This document shows positions 7,810 through 18,772 of a DNA stretch of 64,000 nt, piece after piece. Each line of letters begins with the position of its first letter. The first letter of the stretch is position 1. Below the pieces are notes generated by a model. It saw nothing but the letters and a program-made list of their open reading frames with translations, had not been told where the DNA came from and did not search any database. This DNA comes from an uncultured Gemmatimonadales bacterium (GTDB lineage Bacteria > Gemmatimonadota > Gemmatimonadetes > Longimicrobiales > RSA9). The stretch is from the NCBI GenBank assembly GCA_963816355.1, contig CAWFKH010000004.1, positions 192,001 through 256,000 on the forward strand, written 5' to 3'. Both the position numbers and the translations under genes were made by a program.

Positions 7810-9753
7810 TCAAGCCTCCTGGAAGCGGGGAGCGGCGTCGCCGTCGCCGCCCACGGCGAGGTCCATCTGGGCGAGGTAGCGGCTCTGGCGCAGCTCGTAG
7901 TCGATGGAGACGGCGCGCAGCTTCGGGTCGATGACCCAGTAGAGGAAGCCGCCGCAGGCCAGGCCCGCGCCGAGGATCGGAACGCCGTGCCAGCGTGCGA
8001 GGAGCGTGAGCGCGAGGCCGATCATGACGAGCCCGTAGGAGAGGGGGGCGAGCACGATGGCGATCCAGTCCTCGCGCGTCCACTCCTGCGCGGCTTCGGC
8101 GTTCCAGCGGCGGCGGATCAGCGGCCGCTGCGCGGCCGCGGCTCCGGTGGTCGGCGCGGGCGACGTCGTCGTCGCTTGGCTCCCGGCGCGGACGAGGCCT
8201 CGCCGCTCCGCCTCGGCGCGCACGGGTCCCCACCAGCCGAGCGGCCGCGTCATCACGTAGTAGCGGACGAGGTGATCCATCGACTCGGCGCGAGTGAGGA
8301 GCGTGGCGGGCAGGAAGACGAGGATCCCGATGCCCATGAGGAGCCAGAACTGGAGGTAGTCGGGCAGGACGGGGAGCACGCCGAAGGCGGGCAGCACCCA
8401 GACGACGAGCCAGGCGATGCCGAGGTTGGCGATCCAGGCGGAGAGGTAGCCCCACGCGTTGAAGCGCCACCATACCACCTGCAGGATGTTGGGCAGCCAG
8501 ATCCCGGCCATCATCAGCCACAACGCGAAGATCAGCCACTGCGTGATCTCCTGCATCATGAGGCCGTAGAAGAAGGAGCCGACGAGGAGGACGGCGGTGG
8601 CCCAGCGGCCGACGCGCACGAGCTGTTTGTCCGTCGCGTCCGGCTTCAGGTACCGCTGGTAGAGGTCGCGCGTGAAGTAGAGGGCGCCGAGGTTGAGGTG
8701 GCTCGAGATCGTGGACAGGTGGATGGCGAGGATGGCGCCGAAGAAGGTGCCCAGCAGGCCGGCGGGCAACAGGTCGAAGCCGAGGCGAAACCAGGCCAGC
8801 TCGTACTCGCTCGTCTGTTTGATCCCCGGCCGCAGCGTGAAGAACGCGAGGACCGCCGCGGCCCAGAAGCTGTTGCGCACGAGGGTGACGGCGCCGCCGC
8901 CGAAGAGGCCGTAGCTCGCGTCGCGCACGGATTTCGCCGACTGGATGCGCTGCGCCTCCGCGTACCAGTCGATGCTGGTCCCCATGCCGAAGCCGCCCAG
9001 CACGGCGATGACGAGCATCGTCAGCCACCAGACGGCGGGGAAATCGCCGTGGAGCCAGCCGGTGAAGGCGAGCGAGTCGAGCCGCCACATCTGGCCCATG
9101 TCGGTGAGGCGCGCGGCGATGCCGGCGCCGCCACCGGCGGCCCACACGCCGGCCAAGGAAACGAGGACGATGGCGAAGACGGCGACAATGCCCTGCAGGA
9201 AGTCGCCCATCACGACGCCCCAGTAGCCGGCGGCGAGGGTGTAGATGGCGGTGATGAGGGAGGGGATGACGAGGCCCACCCAGAGCGGCCAGCCGAAGGC
9301 GAGGTGGGTGACCTTGCCCATCGCCATGCCCACCCAGCCGAGGATGAACATGTTCATGAAGACCTGCCAGCCGGCGAGCCAGCCGCGCAGCAGCTCGGCG
9401 CCGAGGCCTTCGAAGCGCACCACCTGCCACTCCGCCTGCGTGTAGGCGAGGGAGCGGCGGAAGAGGCGGGCGGAGACGAACGATCCGATCGACGACCACG
9501 CGGTGAAGAAGGTGTACCACAGGCCGCGCAGGCCGTGCTGGTAGATGACGCCGCTCACCCACATGGGCGTGTCGGTGGCGGTGTGGGTGCTGAAGACGGA
9601 GGAGGCGGGCAGCCACCACGGCAGCCCGCGGCCGGCGAGGAAGAAGTCGGACTCGGAGCGCCGAGCGAGGCGATAGAAGAGCCACGCGCCGCCCACCATC
9701 AGCAGCAGGAAGGCGAGGACCCAGAACCAGTCGAGGACGGTGAAGTGGACCAT
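7810..9753 (-). CDS. Sodium:solute symporter (SSS/SLC5) with extra C-terminal membrane domain
   Basis: DFFLAGRGLPWW, YTLAAGYWGVVMGDFLQ, AQR and STISSHLN motifs; many TM helices. Confidence 0.9.
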   Translation of the reverse strand: MVHFTVLDWFWVLAFLLLMVGGAWLFYRLARRSESDFFLAGRGLPWWLPASSVFSTHTATDTPMWVSGVIYQHGLRGLWYTFFTAWSSIGSFVSARLFRRSLAYTQAEWQVVRFEGLGAELLRGWLAGWQVFMNMFILGWVGMAMGKVTHLAFGWPLWVGLVIPSLITAIYTLAAGYWGVVMGDFLQGIVAVFAIVLVSLAGVWAAGGGAGIAARLTDMGQMWRLDSLAFTGWLHGDFPAVWWLTMLVIAVLGGFGMGTSIDWYAEAQRIQSAKSVRDASYGLFGGGAVTLVRNSFWAAAVLAFFTLRPGIKQTSEYELAWFRLGFDLLPAGLLGTFFGAILAIHLSTISSHLNLGALYFTRDLYQRYLKPDATDKQLVRVGRWATAVLLVGSFFYGLMMQEITQWLIFALWLMMAGIWLPNILQVVWWRFNAWGYLSAWIANLGIAWLVVWVLPAFGVLPVLPDYLQFWLLMGIGILVFLPATLLTRAESMDHLVRYYVMTRPLGWWGPVRAEAERRGLVRAGSQATTTSPAPTTGAAAAQRPLIRRRWNAEAAQEWTREDWIAIVLAPLSYGLVMIGLALTLLARWHGVPILGAGLACGGFLYWVIDPKLRAVSIDYELRQSRYLAQMDLAVGGDGDAAPRFQEA

Positions 9754-9761
9754 CGGGCCGC

Positions 9762-11468
9762 CTACTTCATCGGCCCGGTGGTGGCGAGGCCGGCGGCGCG
9801 CTTCGCGTCGGCGACCATGCGCGCGACGTCGGCGAGGAGCCGCTTCGCGTCGTAGACGATGCCGTCCTTGATCGTGTACTTCACGCCGCCGACCCGTTCG
9901 ACCTGGCCGGTCTCGTCGTTCAGGCGCAGCGTGCCGGTGCCGTAGAGCACCTTGAAGTCCTCGATCGGGTTGTACTCCGTCAGCACGAGATCGGCGCGCC
10001 GGCCCGCCTCGAGGGTGCCGAAGTCCGGCGGCGCGCCGCCGGGCGCCGCGAGCTGGCGCGCGCCGCAAAGCGTGGCGGCGCGGACGACCTCGAGCGGGTG
10101 GAAGCCGGCCTCCTGCAGCAGCTCCAGCTCACGGATGTAGGCGAAGCCGTAGAGCTTGTAGATGAAGCCGGAGTCGGAGCCGGTGCAGACGTGGCCGCCA
10201 TGGTTCTTGTAGTCGTCGAGGAACGCCATCCAGAGGCGATAGTCGCGTTTCCACTCGATCTCGTCGGCGGTCGTCCAGTGGTACCAGTAGGAGCCGTGAC
10301 TCTCGCGGCTGGGCCGATAGAAGTCCCACAGCGACGGCAGCGTGTAGGTGTCGTGCCACTCGGCGCGCCGCGCGCGCATGAGGTCGCGGCTCGCTTCGTA
10401 GATCGTCAGGGTCGGATCGATGTAGAAGCCGAGCGCGAGCATCGAGTCCCGCACGAGGTTCCAGCGCGCCGTTCCCGGCTTCGCCGCCTGCTTCCACAGC
10501 CGGCCCGCCTGCCCGAAGCGGTCGTATTCGTCGTTGTAGTTGTAGTCATAGGGGAAGTCCTGCACCGTGCGGTCGTCGAAGAGCGCCTCCGGCAGGCCGT
10601 AGTAGTGCTCCATCGCGCCCAGACCCATGCCCGCCGCGTCGAGCGCGTCGATGCGCGCCACGCCCTGCTGGCTGAGGTGCGACATCGTGCCGAGGTGGTG
10701 CTTCTTCGCCTCGTCGATCACCGCGGCGAACACCGCCGGGTCGTTTGAGCGGGGATAGGTGCCGGGGATCATCTTGAAGCCGTCGACCCCCTTCGCCGCC
10801 GCCCAGCGCACGTATGCGCGGGCCTTCTCCGGCGTGTTCACCGTGCCGCCGTCCCACCCCGTGCCGACGAACGCGTACGCGTAGATGTGCGGCGCCACGA
10901 TCTCGTTCTTCGCCGCCCTCGCGCGCTCCTCCAGCGTCCAGTCGATGCCGTTGCGCGAGCCCGGGTCGCGAATCGTCGTCACGCCGTGGGCCATCCACAG
11001 CTTGTAGACGTACTCCGCCGGCGTGCCCTGCGGCGCGCCGCCGATGTGCGCGTGCACGTCGACGAAGCCGGGCAGCGCGTACATGCCGTGCGCGTCGATC
11101 TCCTTCGTCGCGCCGCCCGGCCGCCGCTCGGGCCGGATCGGCACGCCGGGAGCGCCGACGCTCACGACGTCCACGATGCGATCGCCCTCGATCACGATGT
11201 CGACCGGCCCGACCGGCGGAGCGCCGGTCCCGTCCACCATCGTGACGCCGCGGATGATCAGCCGCTGGAACGGCCCCTCCCCCTCCCCCGCCCGGTCCGG
11301 CGCGTGCGCCACGCCGCCGTCCTGCGCCGCGCGCGCCGCCGGCGTCGGCTCCGGCTTCGCGCCCCCCGCCCCCGGCCTCGCCGCCGGCTGCTGCGCGGCG
11401 GTGGTCGCCGGGCCGCCCGCGACCACGGCGAGCACCGCGCCCGCCACGAACCATCGACACCTTCTCAC
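9762..11468 (-). CDS. Exported amidohydrolase-superfamily protein
   Basis: GAGGAG RBS + GTG, signal peptide, PGFVDVHAH, GVTTIRD, GSDSG, GTLEAGRRADLV. Confidence 0.88.
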   Translation of the reverse strand: MRRCRWFVAGAVLAVVAGGPATTAAQQPAARPGAGGAKPEPTPAARAAQDGGVAHAPDRAGEGEGPFQRLIIRGVTMVDGTGAPPVGPVDIVIEGDRIVDVVSVGAPGVPIRPERRPGGATKEIDAHGMYALPGFVDVHAHIGGAPQGTPAEYVYKLWMAHGVTTIRDPGSRNGIDWTLEERARAAKNEIVAPHIYAYAFVGTGWDGGTVNTPEKARAYVRWAAAKGVDGFKMIPGTYPRSNDPAVFAAVIDEAKKHHLGTMSHLSQQGVARIDALDAAGMGLGAMEHYYGLPEALFDDRTVQDFPYDYNYNDEYDRFGQAGRLWKQAAKPGTARWNLVRDSMLALGFYIDPTLTIYEASRDLMRARRAEWHDTYTLPSLWDFYRPSRESHGSYWYHWTTADEIEWKRDYRLWMAFLDDYKNHGGHVCTGSDSGFIYKLYGFAYIRELELLQEAGFHPLEVVRAATLCGARQLAAPGGAPPDFGTLEAGRRADLVLTEYNPIEDFKVLYGTGTLRLNDETGQVERVGGVKYTIKDGIVYDAKRLLADVARMVADAKRAAGLATTGPMK

Positions 11469-11570
11469 GATCGGCTCCTCGCGAATGCGCCCCCCCTGCG
11501 GACAGCCTATATTCTCCGCTTCCCCGCTCGCCGGCAACCGCAGCCGCCCACCGACTTCGAGAGGGAGCCG

Positions 11571-14500
11571 ATGGTGACCAGCCGAGTCCGCGCGCCCGAC
11601 GCCCGTGCCCGCCTCGCCCTGCGCGCATGGATCTCCGCAGCCATCCGCCCCTGCGCGCGCACGGCCGCCTGCGCCGTTCTGCTCGCCGTCCCCACCTCCG
11701 CCGCGGTCGGCGCGGCGCCACCGGCGCGGGCCGTGCCGGCGACCGTACCGGCACCTCACGCAGCCGCGCCGGCGCGCCGGGCGGCCGCGCCGACGCGTCG
11801 GCCGCCGGCGCCGCCACCCGACCGCCCGATCCGCGAGTGGCTCATCCTCGGCAGGTTCCCGGTCGACACGGCGGGTGGCCGGCTCGAGCACGCCTACGTG
11901 CCCGGCGAGGCGACGCTGCTGCCGGACGCCGGCGAGGCGGCGCCCGCGGGCGCGGCCGCGGCGCTTCCCGGCACCGCGGCGCACACGCGCGATTCGGCCT
12001 CCGCGACGGCCGCCGCCGCGGCCGCCAGCAGCAGCAGCCGCGCCGCGCTGGAGCGTCGTGACCGCGGACACGCTCGGCCGCGTCGACCTGAACCCGCACT
12101 TCGGCGTCGCCACGTCCAACTCGGTGGCGTACGGCGCCGTCTACCTGATCAGCCCGGAAGACCGGACGGTGACGCTCGCGATCGAGAGCGACGACGACGT
12201 GGAGGCGTGGATCGGCGCGCGCCGCGTTTTGCGGCACGACGTGGCGCGCGGCGTCGGCTCCGGCACGGACACCGTCACGGTGCGCCTCGCGGGCGGCGCG
12301 AATCGGCTGTTGTACAAGGTGGTCAACCGGCTGGGCGGGTTCGGGCTGGGCGGCCGCCTGCTGGCGAGCGGCCCGGACCCGATCGACGACATCGAGATAC
12401 GGGCGCGACGTCCGGCGGACGCCACGCTCGCCGCCCCCGCGCCTTCTCTGACGTTGGGGCCGATCCGCGTCGCGCCGCGCGCGGTGCTCGGCGCCTCGAG
12501 CGGCGCGCCCGCCCTGCTGGTCCGCATGGACGTCGCCGCCGTCCGCTGGGGCGGCCTTGCCGCGCCCATCACGCTCGCCGTCGGTGCCACGCGCGCGGCG
12601 GTCGGTCCCGACAGCGCGAGCGTGGTCTCCTTCGCTGCCCCGTGGCCGCGTCTCGCCGCGCTCGGCGCGGCCGGTCGGCTGGCGATCCGGCCGCGCATCG
12701 GCGCGCGCGACGCGGCGGCCGTGCCGCTCCCGGGAGCCGGCTCGCTGCTGCTGAGGCAGCTCGCGCAGCCGATCGCCATCGAGGGGTGGCAGGCGACGTC
12801 GTCCGCCGCCGCGCTCGCCGCCGCGCCGGCCGCCTGGCGCCCGCTCGAGCCGCGGCCGGATTCGACGCTGCCGCGCCCGCGCGACGTGACGGCGATCCGG
12901 GTGGCGACGCGCGTCCCGCCGACGCTCGCGGGGCTGCGCCTGCGGCTGGACGCCGCGGAGCTGCTGCCCGGCGCCGCGATCCGCGTGAACGGGCGCGTCG
13001 TGGAAGCGGATTCGCTCGGCCGCATCGACCCGTGCGGCGGGCCGTGCCCCGCCGGCGCGTCGCTGCGCGTCGAGGTCGCGCTGCGCGGCGACACCTGGTG
13101 GGACCCGCCGCGCATCTACGTCGCCGACGCCGGCTGGTACGAGATCGCGGACGGCGCCCGGTGGCTGCGCACGCTGTCCGGCGACAGCGCGGTCGCGGCG
13201 CCGGGTGAGGACGTCGCGCGCGCGCTGCTCGCGGCGGCGACGTCGCCCGACAAGGCTGGCTACCGCGACACGGTGCGCGACTGGCTGAGCCGGCTCGAGC
13301 CCGCGGCGGCGGCGGTGCGCGCGGACACGATCGACCTCGTCGGCAACTCGCACATCGACGCGGCGTGGCTGTGGCGCTGGCGGGAGACGGTGGACGTCGT
13401 GAAGCGGACGTGGGGAACGGCCGTCAAGCTGATGGACAAGTACCCGCGGATGCGCTTCGCGGCGAGCGCGGCACGCTACTACGCATGGCTGGACAGCGTC
13501 GCGCCGGACACGCTGCGCGCCATCCAGCGGCTCGCGCGCGAGGGCCGCTGGGCTCCGGTCGGCGGCTGGTGGGTCGAGCCGGACGCCAACCTGCCTTCCG
13601 GCGAATCGCTCGTGCGCCAGGGGCTCTACGGGCAGCGCGCCTTCATCCGCTACTTCGGCGAGCCGGCTCGCGTCGGCTGGCTGCCCGACACCTTCGGCTA
13701 CGCGTGGACGCTGCCGCAGATCCTGCGCGGACAGGGGCTCGAATACTTCGTGACGCAGAAGCTGCGCTGGAACGACACGAACGAATGGCCTTCCTCGCTC
13801 GACCTCTTCTGGTGGCAGGGGCCGGACGGCTCGCGGGTCCTCACCTACATCCCCTACGGCTACGACAATGACCTCGAGGGCGCCGACCTCGCCTCGCAGT
13901 GGAAGGCGACGAAGGACAGCGCCGCCGTCCCAACGATGCTCACGCTCTACGGCGTCGGAGACCACGGCGGTGGACCGACGATGCGGATGCTGGAACGCCG
14001 CCGCATGCTGCAGCGGCTGCCGGCGTTCCCGACGCTGCGCGACGTGCGGCCCGCCGAGGCGCTCGACCGCATGCGCGACGCGACCCCGGACTCGACGCCC
14101 ACCATCGCCGACGAGCTCTACCTCGAGTACCACCGCGGCGTCTACACCACCCACGCCGCCATGAAGGCGTGGAACCGACACCTGGAGGCGCTCCTCGGCG
14201 CGGCCGAGGCGGCCGCCACGGCCGCGGCCGCGCCGCCGAGCCGTGCAGCCTACCCTCGCGCCGCCCTGACCGACGCGTGGGAGAAGGTGCTCTTCAACCA
14301 GTTCCACGACCTGCTGCCCGGCTCCGGCATCGCGCCGATCTACGTCGACGCCGTCGCCGACTACCGTGCCGCCCAGGCCGAGGCGGACTCCGTCCTCGAC
14401 GCCTCACTGCGCGCGCTCGCGGCCGCACGCGACACGCGGCCGCCCAGGCCCGGCCTGCGGCCGTACGTCGTCTTCAACCCGGACGCGCGGCCCCGGGCGG

Positions 14501-15876
14501 GCGTCGCGCGGCTCGCCGTGACGCCCGCCCTCGCCCCGCCGCTCGCCTTCGACGCGCGCGGGCGGCGCCTGCCGTCGACGCTCCGCGGCGACACCCTCCT
14601 CGTGCGCCTCCGCGAGGTGCCCGGGACCGGCACGGCGCTCGTCTTCGTGGGCGCTCGCGCCGCGGACGCGGCCGGCGCTCGCGGCGCCGCGCCACTCTCC
14701 GCCCCCGCCCCCGCCGCCCTGGAGAACGCCGTCCTCGAGAACGCGTTCCTCCGCGTCGCGATCGATCCGCGCACCGGCGACGTCGCGCGGCTGCGCGACC
14801 TGCGCTCCGGCCGCGATCTGATCGCGCCAGGCGCGGAGGCGAACGCGCTCGTCATGCTGGAAGACCGGCCCAGGGACTGGGACGCCTGGAACATCGACGA
14901 CCTGAACGGCGCGCGCACGCCACTCGACCGCGACGTGTCCGTCGGTCCTGCTCGACGCGACGGTCTGGGCCGCGCGATCGTCGTCCACCGCGGCGCTGCC
15001 GGCGTGGGCGCGACGCAGCGCTACTTCCTGCCCGATTCCGCAGCGCGCCTGGACGTCGAGACGACCGTGGAATGGCACGCGTCGCACGAGCTGCTCAAGG
15101 CTTCCTTCCCGCTCGCCTTGCACGTCGACTCCGTGCACGCCGAGATCCCCTACGGCGTGATCGCCCGCACCACCCGCCCCACCACCTCCCGCGACAGCGC
15201 GCGCTTCGAGGCGCCGATGCAGCGCTGGCTCGATGCGGGCGGGCGCGGCGTCGGCGTCGCCCTCGTCAACGACGGCAAGTACGGCTACGACGCCCATGGC
15301 GATACCGTGCGTCTCACGCTGCTGCGGTCGCCGAAGTACCCGGATCCGAACACCGACATGGGGACGCACCGCTTCACCTACTCGATCGTGCCGCACGCCG
15401 GAGACTGGCGAGCCGGCGCGATCCGCGACGCGGTGCTGGAGCTGAACGCGCCGCTGCGCGCCCTCGAAGTGGCGTCGCACGCGGCTCCGCCCGCCGTCTC
15501 GACGGGCGCGAGCTCCCGTGACCGCCCCGCTCCCGGCGCGCCCGGCCCGGCGGAAGCGGGCGGCGGCACGGCGGACGGCTATCTGCGGCTGCGGGGCGAA
15601 GGCGTGGTGGTCGGCGCGCTGAAGCGCGCGGAGGACGGCGGTGGGATCGTCGTGCGCCTCGTCGAGACGCACGGCCGCGCGGCCGACGCGACGCTCCGCC
15701 TCGCCGGCCGCGGGCACTTCACGCTCGTCGAGACGGATCTCATCGAGCGCCCGGCCGGCGAGCGCATCGAGGCGACGGATGGCGCGGCGAGCGTGCGGCT
15801 CCGCCCCTGGCAGATCCGCACCTTCTTCGTGGCCGATCCGCCGTCCGGAGCGGGCCGCCGAGGGCCTACAGGATGA
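11571..15876 (+). CDS. GH38 alpha-mannosidase with signal peptide and N-terminal accessory domain; frameshifted near 12027
   Basis: SHID, GWLPDTFG, YLEYHRG, NQFHD motifs in frame of ORF 11605..15876; RBS, ATG 11571 and signal peptide lie in another frame. Confidence 0.85.
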
Positions 15877-16156
15877 TGGCGAGGATCACGCCGGCGGCCA
15901 CGATCGCACCGACGAGATACCACCAGTTCCTGCTCTTCGGACCTTCGCTCTGATCGGCCCGCTGCGGCGCCGGCGTGACGCGGGCGCGGATCCGGCGCAC
16001 CGCCGGCGCGGTCGAAACCGACGTCGTCCGCTGCAGGACGATCGAGGGCGCCGCAGCTTCTCCCGAGCCGGACGGCGGGACGACGCCGCCCTCCGCCCAC
16101 GCGGCGGACGGGGCGGCGAGCAGCAGAAGCGACAGGACCAGGGAAAGCCGGCGCAT
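15866..16156 (-). CDS. 96-aa exported protein with C-terminal TM anchor
   Basis: GAGGAGG RBS; MRRLSLVLSLLLLAAPSAAWA signal; ends WWYLVGAIVAAGVILAIIL. Confidence 0.75.
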   Translation of the reverse strand: MRRLSLVLSLLLLAAPSAAWAEGGVVPPSGSGEAAAPSIVLQRTTSVSTAPAVRRIRARVTPAPQRADQSEGPKSRNWWYLVGAIVAAGVILAIIL

Positions 16157-16275
16157 GGGACCCCTCCTCGCGGCAGGACGTGGGGCACCCGTCCCGCGGA
16201 TCTCCGCGGTGGTGCCCCGTCCCGGTTCGCCACGGGGTACTGCAAGGAGCGAACCGGAGCGCCGACGGCCGCCGC

Positions 16276-16941
16276 TCAGGCGCCCAGGTCGAGCGTCAAC
16301 TGCAGCGGCGTGAAGCTCATTCGATGGTGGGGGGTCGGGCCGAGGTCGAGGATCGCGCGGCGGTGCTCCGGCGTCGCGTAGCCGACGTTCGTCTCCCAGC
16401 CATAGCCCGGGTAGCGCGCCGCCAGCCGCACCATGAGGCGGTCCCGCGTCGTCTTGGCGAGGATCGAGGCGCACGCGACGCAGTGCACCCGCGCGTCGCC
16501 GCCCACCACCGCCGTGTGCTCGCCCAGATCGCTCACCGGAAGGCCGTCCACGATGACGTGCTCCGGAGCGTCTGCGAGCCGCGCGAGCGCGCGCCGCATG
16601 GCGAGGTGCGTGGCGCGAAGGATGTTGATGCGGTCGATCTCGCGCGCGCTCGCCGCTCCGACGCCGTAGCACACCGCGCTCGCGCGGATCCGCTCGGCCA
16701 GCTCGCGCCGCAGCTCGGCGGTGATGCGCTTCGAGTCGTCCACGCGGGCGAGGCCGCGGAAGTCCGGCGGGAACACGACGGCCGCGGCGACCACCGGGCC
16801 GGCGAGCGGACCCCGTCCCGCCTCGTCGACGCCGGCCACGCGCACAAGGCCGTTCGCCCACAGCGAGCGCTCCAGGTCCAGCAGCTTGTTCAGCCGGCGC
16901 CGCTCGCGCCGGCGGGCGTTGCGACGGTCCCCCTCCGCCAT
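16276..16941 (-). CDS. rnhB: Ribonuclease HII
   Basis: GVDEAGRGPLAGPV, DSK, VDG, ASILAK motifs; follows rplS. Confidence 0.95.
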   Translation of the reverse strand: MAEGDRRNARRRERRRLNKLLDLERSLWANGLVRVAGVDEAGRGPLAGPVVAAAVVFPPDFRGLARVDDSKRITAELRRELAERIRASAVCYGVGAASAREIDRINILRATHLAMRRALARLADAPEHVIVDGLPVSDLGEHTAVVGGDARVHCVACASILAKTTRDRLMVRLAARYPGYGWETNVGYATPEHRRAILDLGPTPHHRMSFTPLQLTLDLGA

Positions 16942-16964
16942 GACGCGCGGCGCGAGAGCTGGGG

Positions 16965-17306
16965 CTACCGCTTCTCCCGAATCCGCGCCTTCTTTCCGCG
17001 CAGTCCGCGCAGGTAGTAGAGCTTGGCGCGCCGGACGCGGCCCTGGCGCACGACCTCGATCGCGTCCACCACCGGCGCGTGCACCGGGAAGACCCGCTCG
17101 ACGCCAATGCCGCCCGAGACCTTCCGCACCGTGAACGTCTCGCTCACGCCCCCGCCCTTGCGGGCGATGCACACGCCCTCGAAGACCTGGATGCGCTCCT
17201 TCTCACCCTCGCGAACGCGCACGCTCACGCGCAGCGTGTCGCCCGGCGCGAAATTCGGCAGATTCTCGCGCCGCTCACCGTCCTGTATCTTCTGAAGAAC
17301 GTCCAT
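16965..17306 (-). CDS. rplS: 50S ribosomal protein L19
   Basis: [39 protein letters not shown]. Confidence 0.98.
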   Translation of the reverse strand: MDVLQKIQDGERRENLPNFAPGDTLRVSVRVREGEKERIQVFEGVCIARKGGGVSETFTVRKVSGGIGVERVFPVHAPVVDAIEVVRQGRVRRAKLYYLRGLRGKKARIREKR

Positions 17307-17388
17307 GGTCTCCTCCCGCGGGAATGCGTCCCGCCGATATCGCGCGTGCCCGCGCCACAGGATCCGCGGGGCGACGTCGCCCCGAACC

Positions 17389-18108
17389 TCACTCCGTTTC
17401 GCCAACGTCCTCGCCGACGGCCGATTGCTCCGCTTCGTGCCGACGCCACAACTCCGGCCGGCGCTCGCGCGTCAGCCGCTCCGCCGCCTCCCGCCGCCAC
17501 GCCGCGATCCGCGCATGGTCGCCGGAAAGCAGCGCTTCCGGCACCCGGTGACCGCGATACTCCGGCGGCCGCGTGTACGACGGCGGACTCAGCAGCGCCC
17601 CGTCGTAGAACGAGTCGGAGGCGGCCGACTCGTGCGTCCCGAGCGCCCCCGGCAGCAGCCGGACCACCGCGTCTGTGACCGCGAGCGCGGCGATCTCGCC
17701 GCCGCTCAGCACGAAGTCGCCGAGCGACACTTCGTGCGTCGCCAGATGCCCGGCCACCCGCTCGTCCACGTCCTTGTAATGCCCGCAGAGAAGCGTCAGC
17801 TCCTCCTCGACCGCGAAGCGGACCGCGTCGTCGTGGCCGAACGGCCTGCCCCTCGCCGACAGCAGCACGACCGGCCCCGCCGGCGCCAGCGCGTCGACCG
17901 CTTCGAAGAACGGCTCCGGCTTCATCACCATGCCGGCCCCGCCGCCGTACGGGTAGTCGTCCACCGTGCGATGGCGATCGTGCGTGTGCTCGCGCAGATC
18001 GACCACCCGGTACTCGACCAGCCCCGCCGCCGCCGCCCGCGCCGGGATCCCGAGCCCGAGCGGCGCTTCGAAGAACGGCGGGAAGATCGTCACGATGTTG
18101 ATCCGCAC
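17389..18108 (-). CDS. trmD: tRNA (guanine37-N1)-methyltransferase
   Basis: [33 protein letters not shown]. Confidence 0.97.
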   Translation of the reverse strand: MRINIVTIFPPFFEAPLGLGIPARAAAAGLVEYRVVDLREHTHDRHRTVDDYPYGGGAGMVMKPEPFFEAVDALAPAGPVVLLSARGRPFGHDDAVRFAVEEELTLLCGHYKDVDERVAGHLATHEVSLGDFVLSGGEIAALAVTDAVVRLLPGALGTHESAASDSFYDGALLSPPSYTRPPEYRGHRVPEALLSGDHARIAAWRREAAERLTRERRPELWRRHEAEQSAVGEDVGETE

Positions 18109-18148
18109 GGCGACCTTCCCGTCGACCTCCGCTCCGGCGAGCCGCCGC

Positions 18149-18769
18149 TCAGAGGTCGAGCAGACCCTCCGGCGGATCGATCACCAGGCGCCTCGCCTCG
18201 AGATCGAGCTCGCGCACGATCTCCTTCGTGTACGGCACCAGCACCAGACGGCCATCCGCATCCACCTCGAGCAGCTCGGCCGGCAACGCCTCGAACACCG
18301 ATCGCACCTGCCCCACCCTCGCTCCGTCCGGCAAGCGAACCTCCAGCCCGATCAGGTCGTGCCGGAAGACCTCGCCCTCGGCGAGCGGCTCCAGCTCCGC
18401 CATCGGCAGCAGCAGGTCCCGTCCGGCGAGCGCCTCCGCCGCGCTGCGCGTCGTGACGCCCTCCAGGACGACGATGAGGCCGCCCTTGTGCGGCCGCGCC
18501 CGCTCCACCCTCACCTCCACCGCGCCCACGCCGCCCGAGCCGGCGTCGCCCATCCGCAGCGAGCGGCCCTCCGCGAACGTTCTCTCCGGCCGGTCCGTGG
18601 TCAGCTCGACCGCCACCTCGCCGTGAATGCCGTGCGCGCGCCGGATGCGGCCCACCATCACCAGCCGCGCGTCGTCGCCGCCCCCCTTCGACTCGACGGC
18701 ATCCTTCGCGCCGCCGGACGAGCCATCCTCGCCCCCATCTCCAGACGGGCGCGATGCGGAAGCGGCCAA
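18149..18769 (-). CDS. rimM: 16S rRNA processing protein RimM (start uncertain)
   Basis: GRIRRAHGIHGEV and DPPEGLL; position between rpsP and trmD. Confidence 0.93.
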   Translation of the reverse strand: MAASASRPSGDGGEDGSSGGAKDAVESKGGGDDARLVMVGRIRRAHGIHGEVAVELTTDRPERTFAEGRSLRMGDAGSGGVGAVEVRVERARPHKGGLIVVLEGVTTRSAAEALAGRDLLLPMAELEPLAEGEVFRHDLIGLEVRLPDGARVGQVRSVFEALPAELLEVDADGRLVLVPYTKEIVRELDLEARRLVIDPPEGLLDL

Positions 18770-18772
18770 CGA

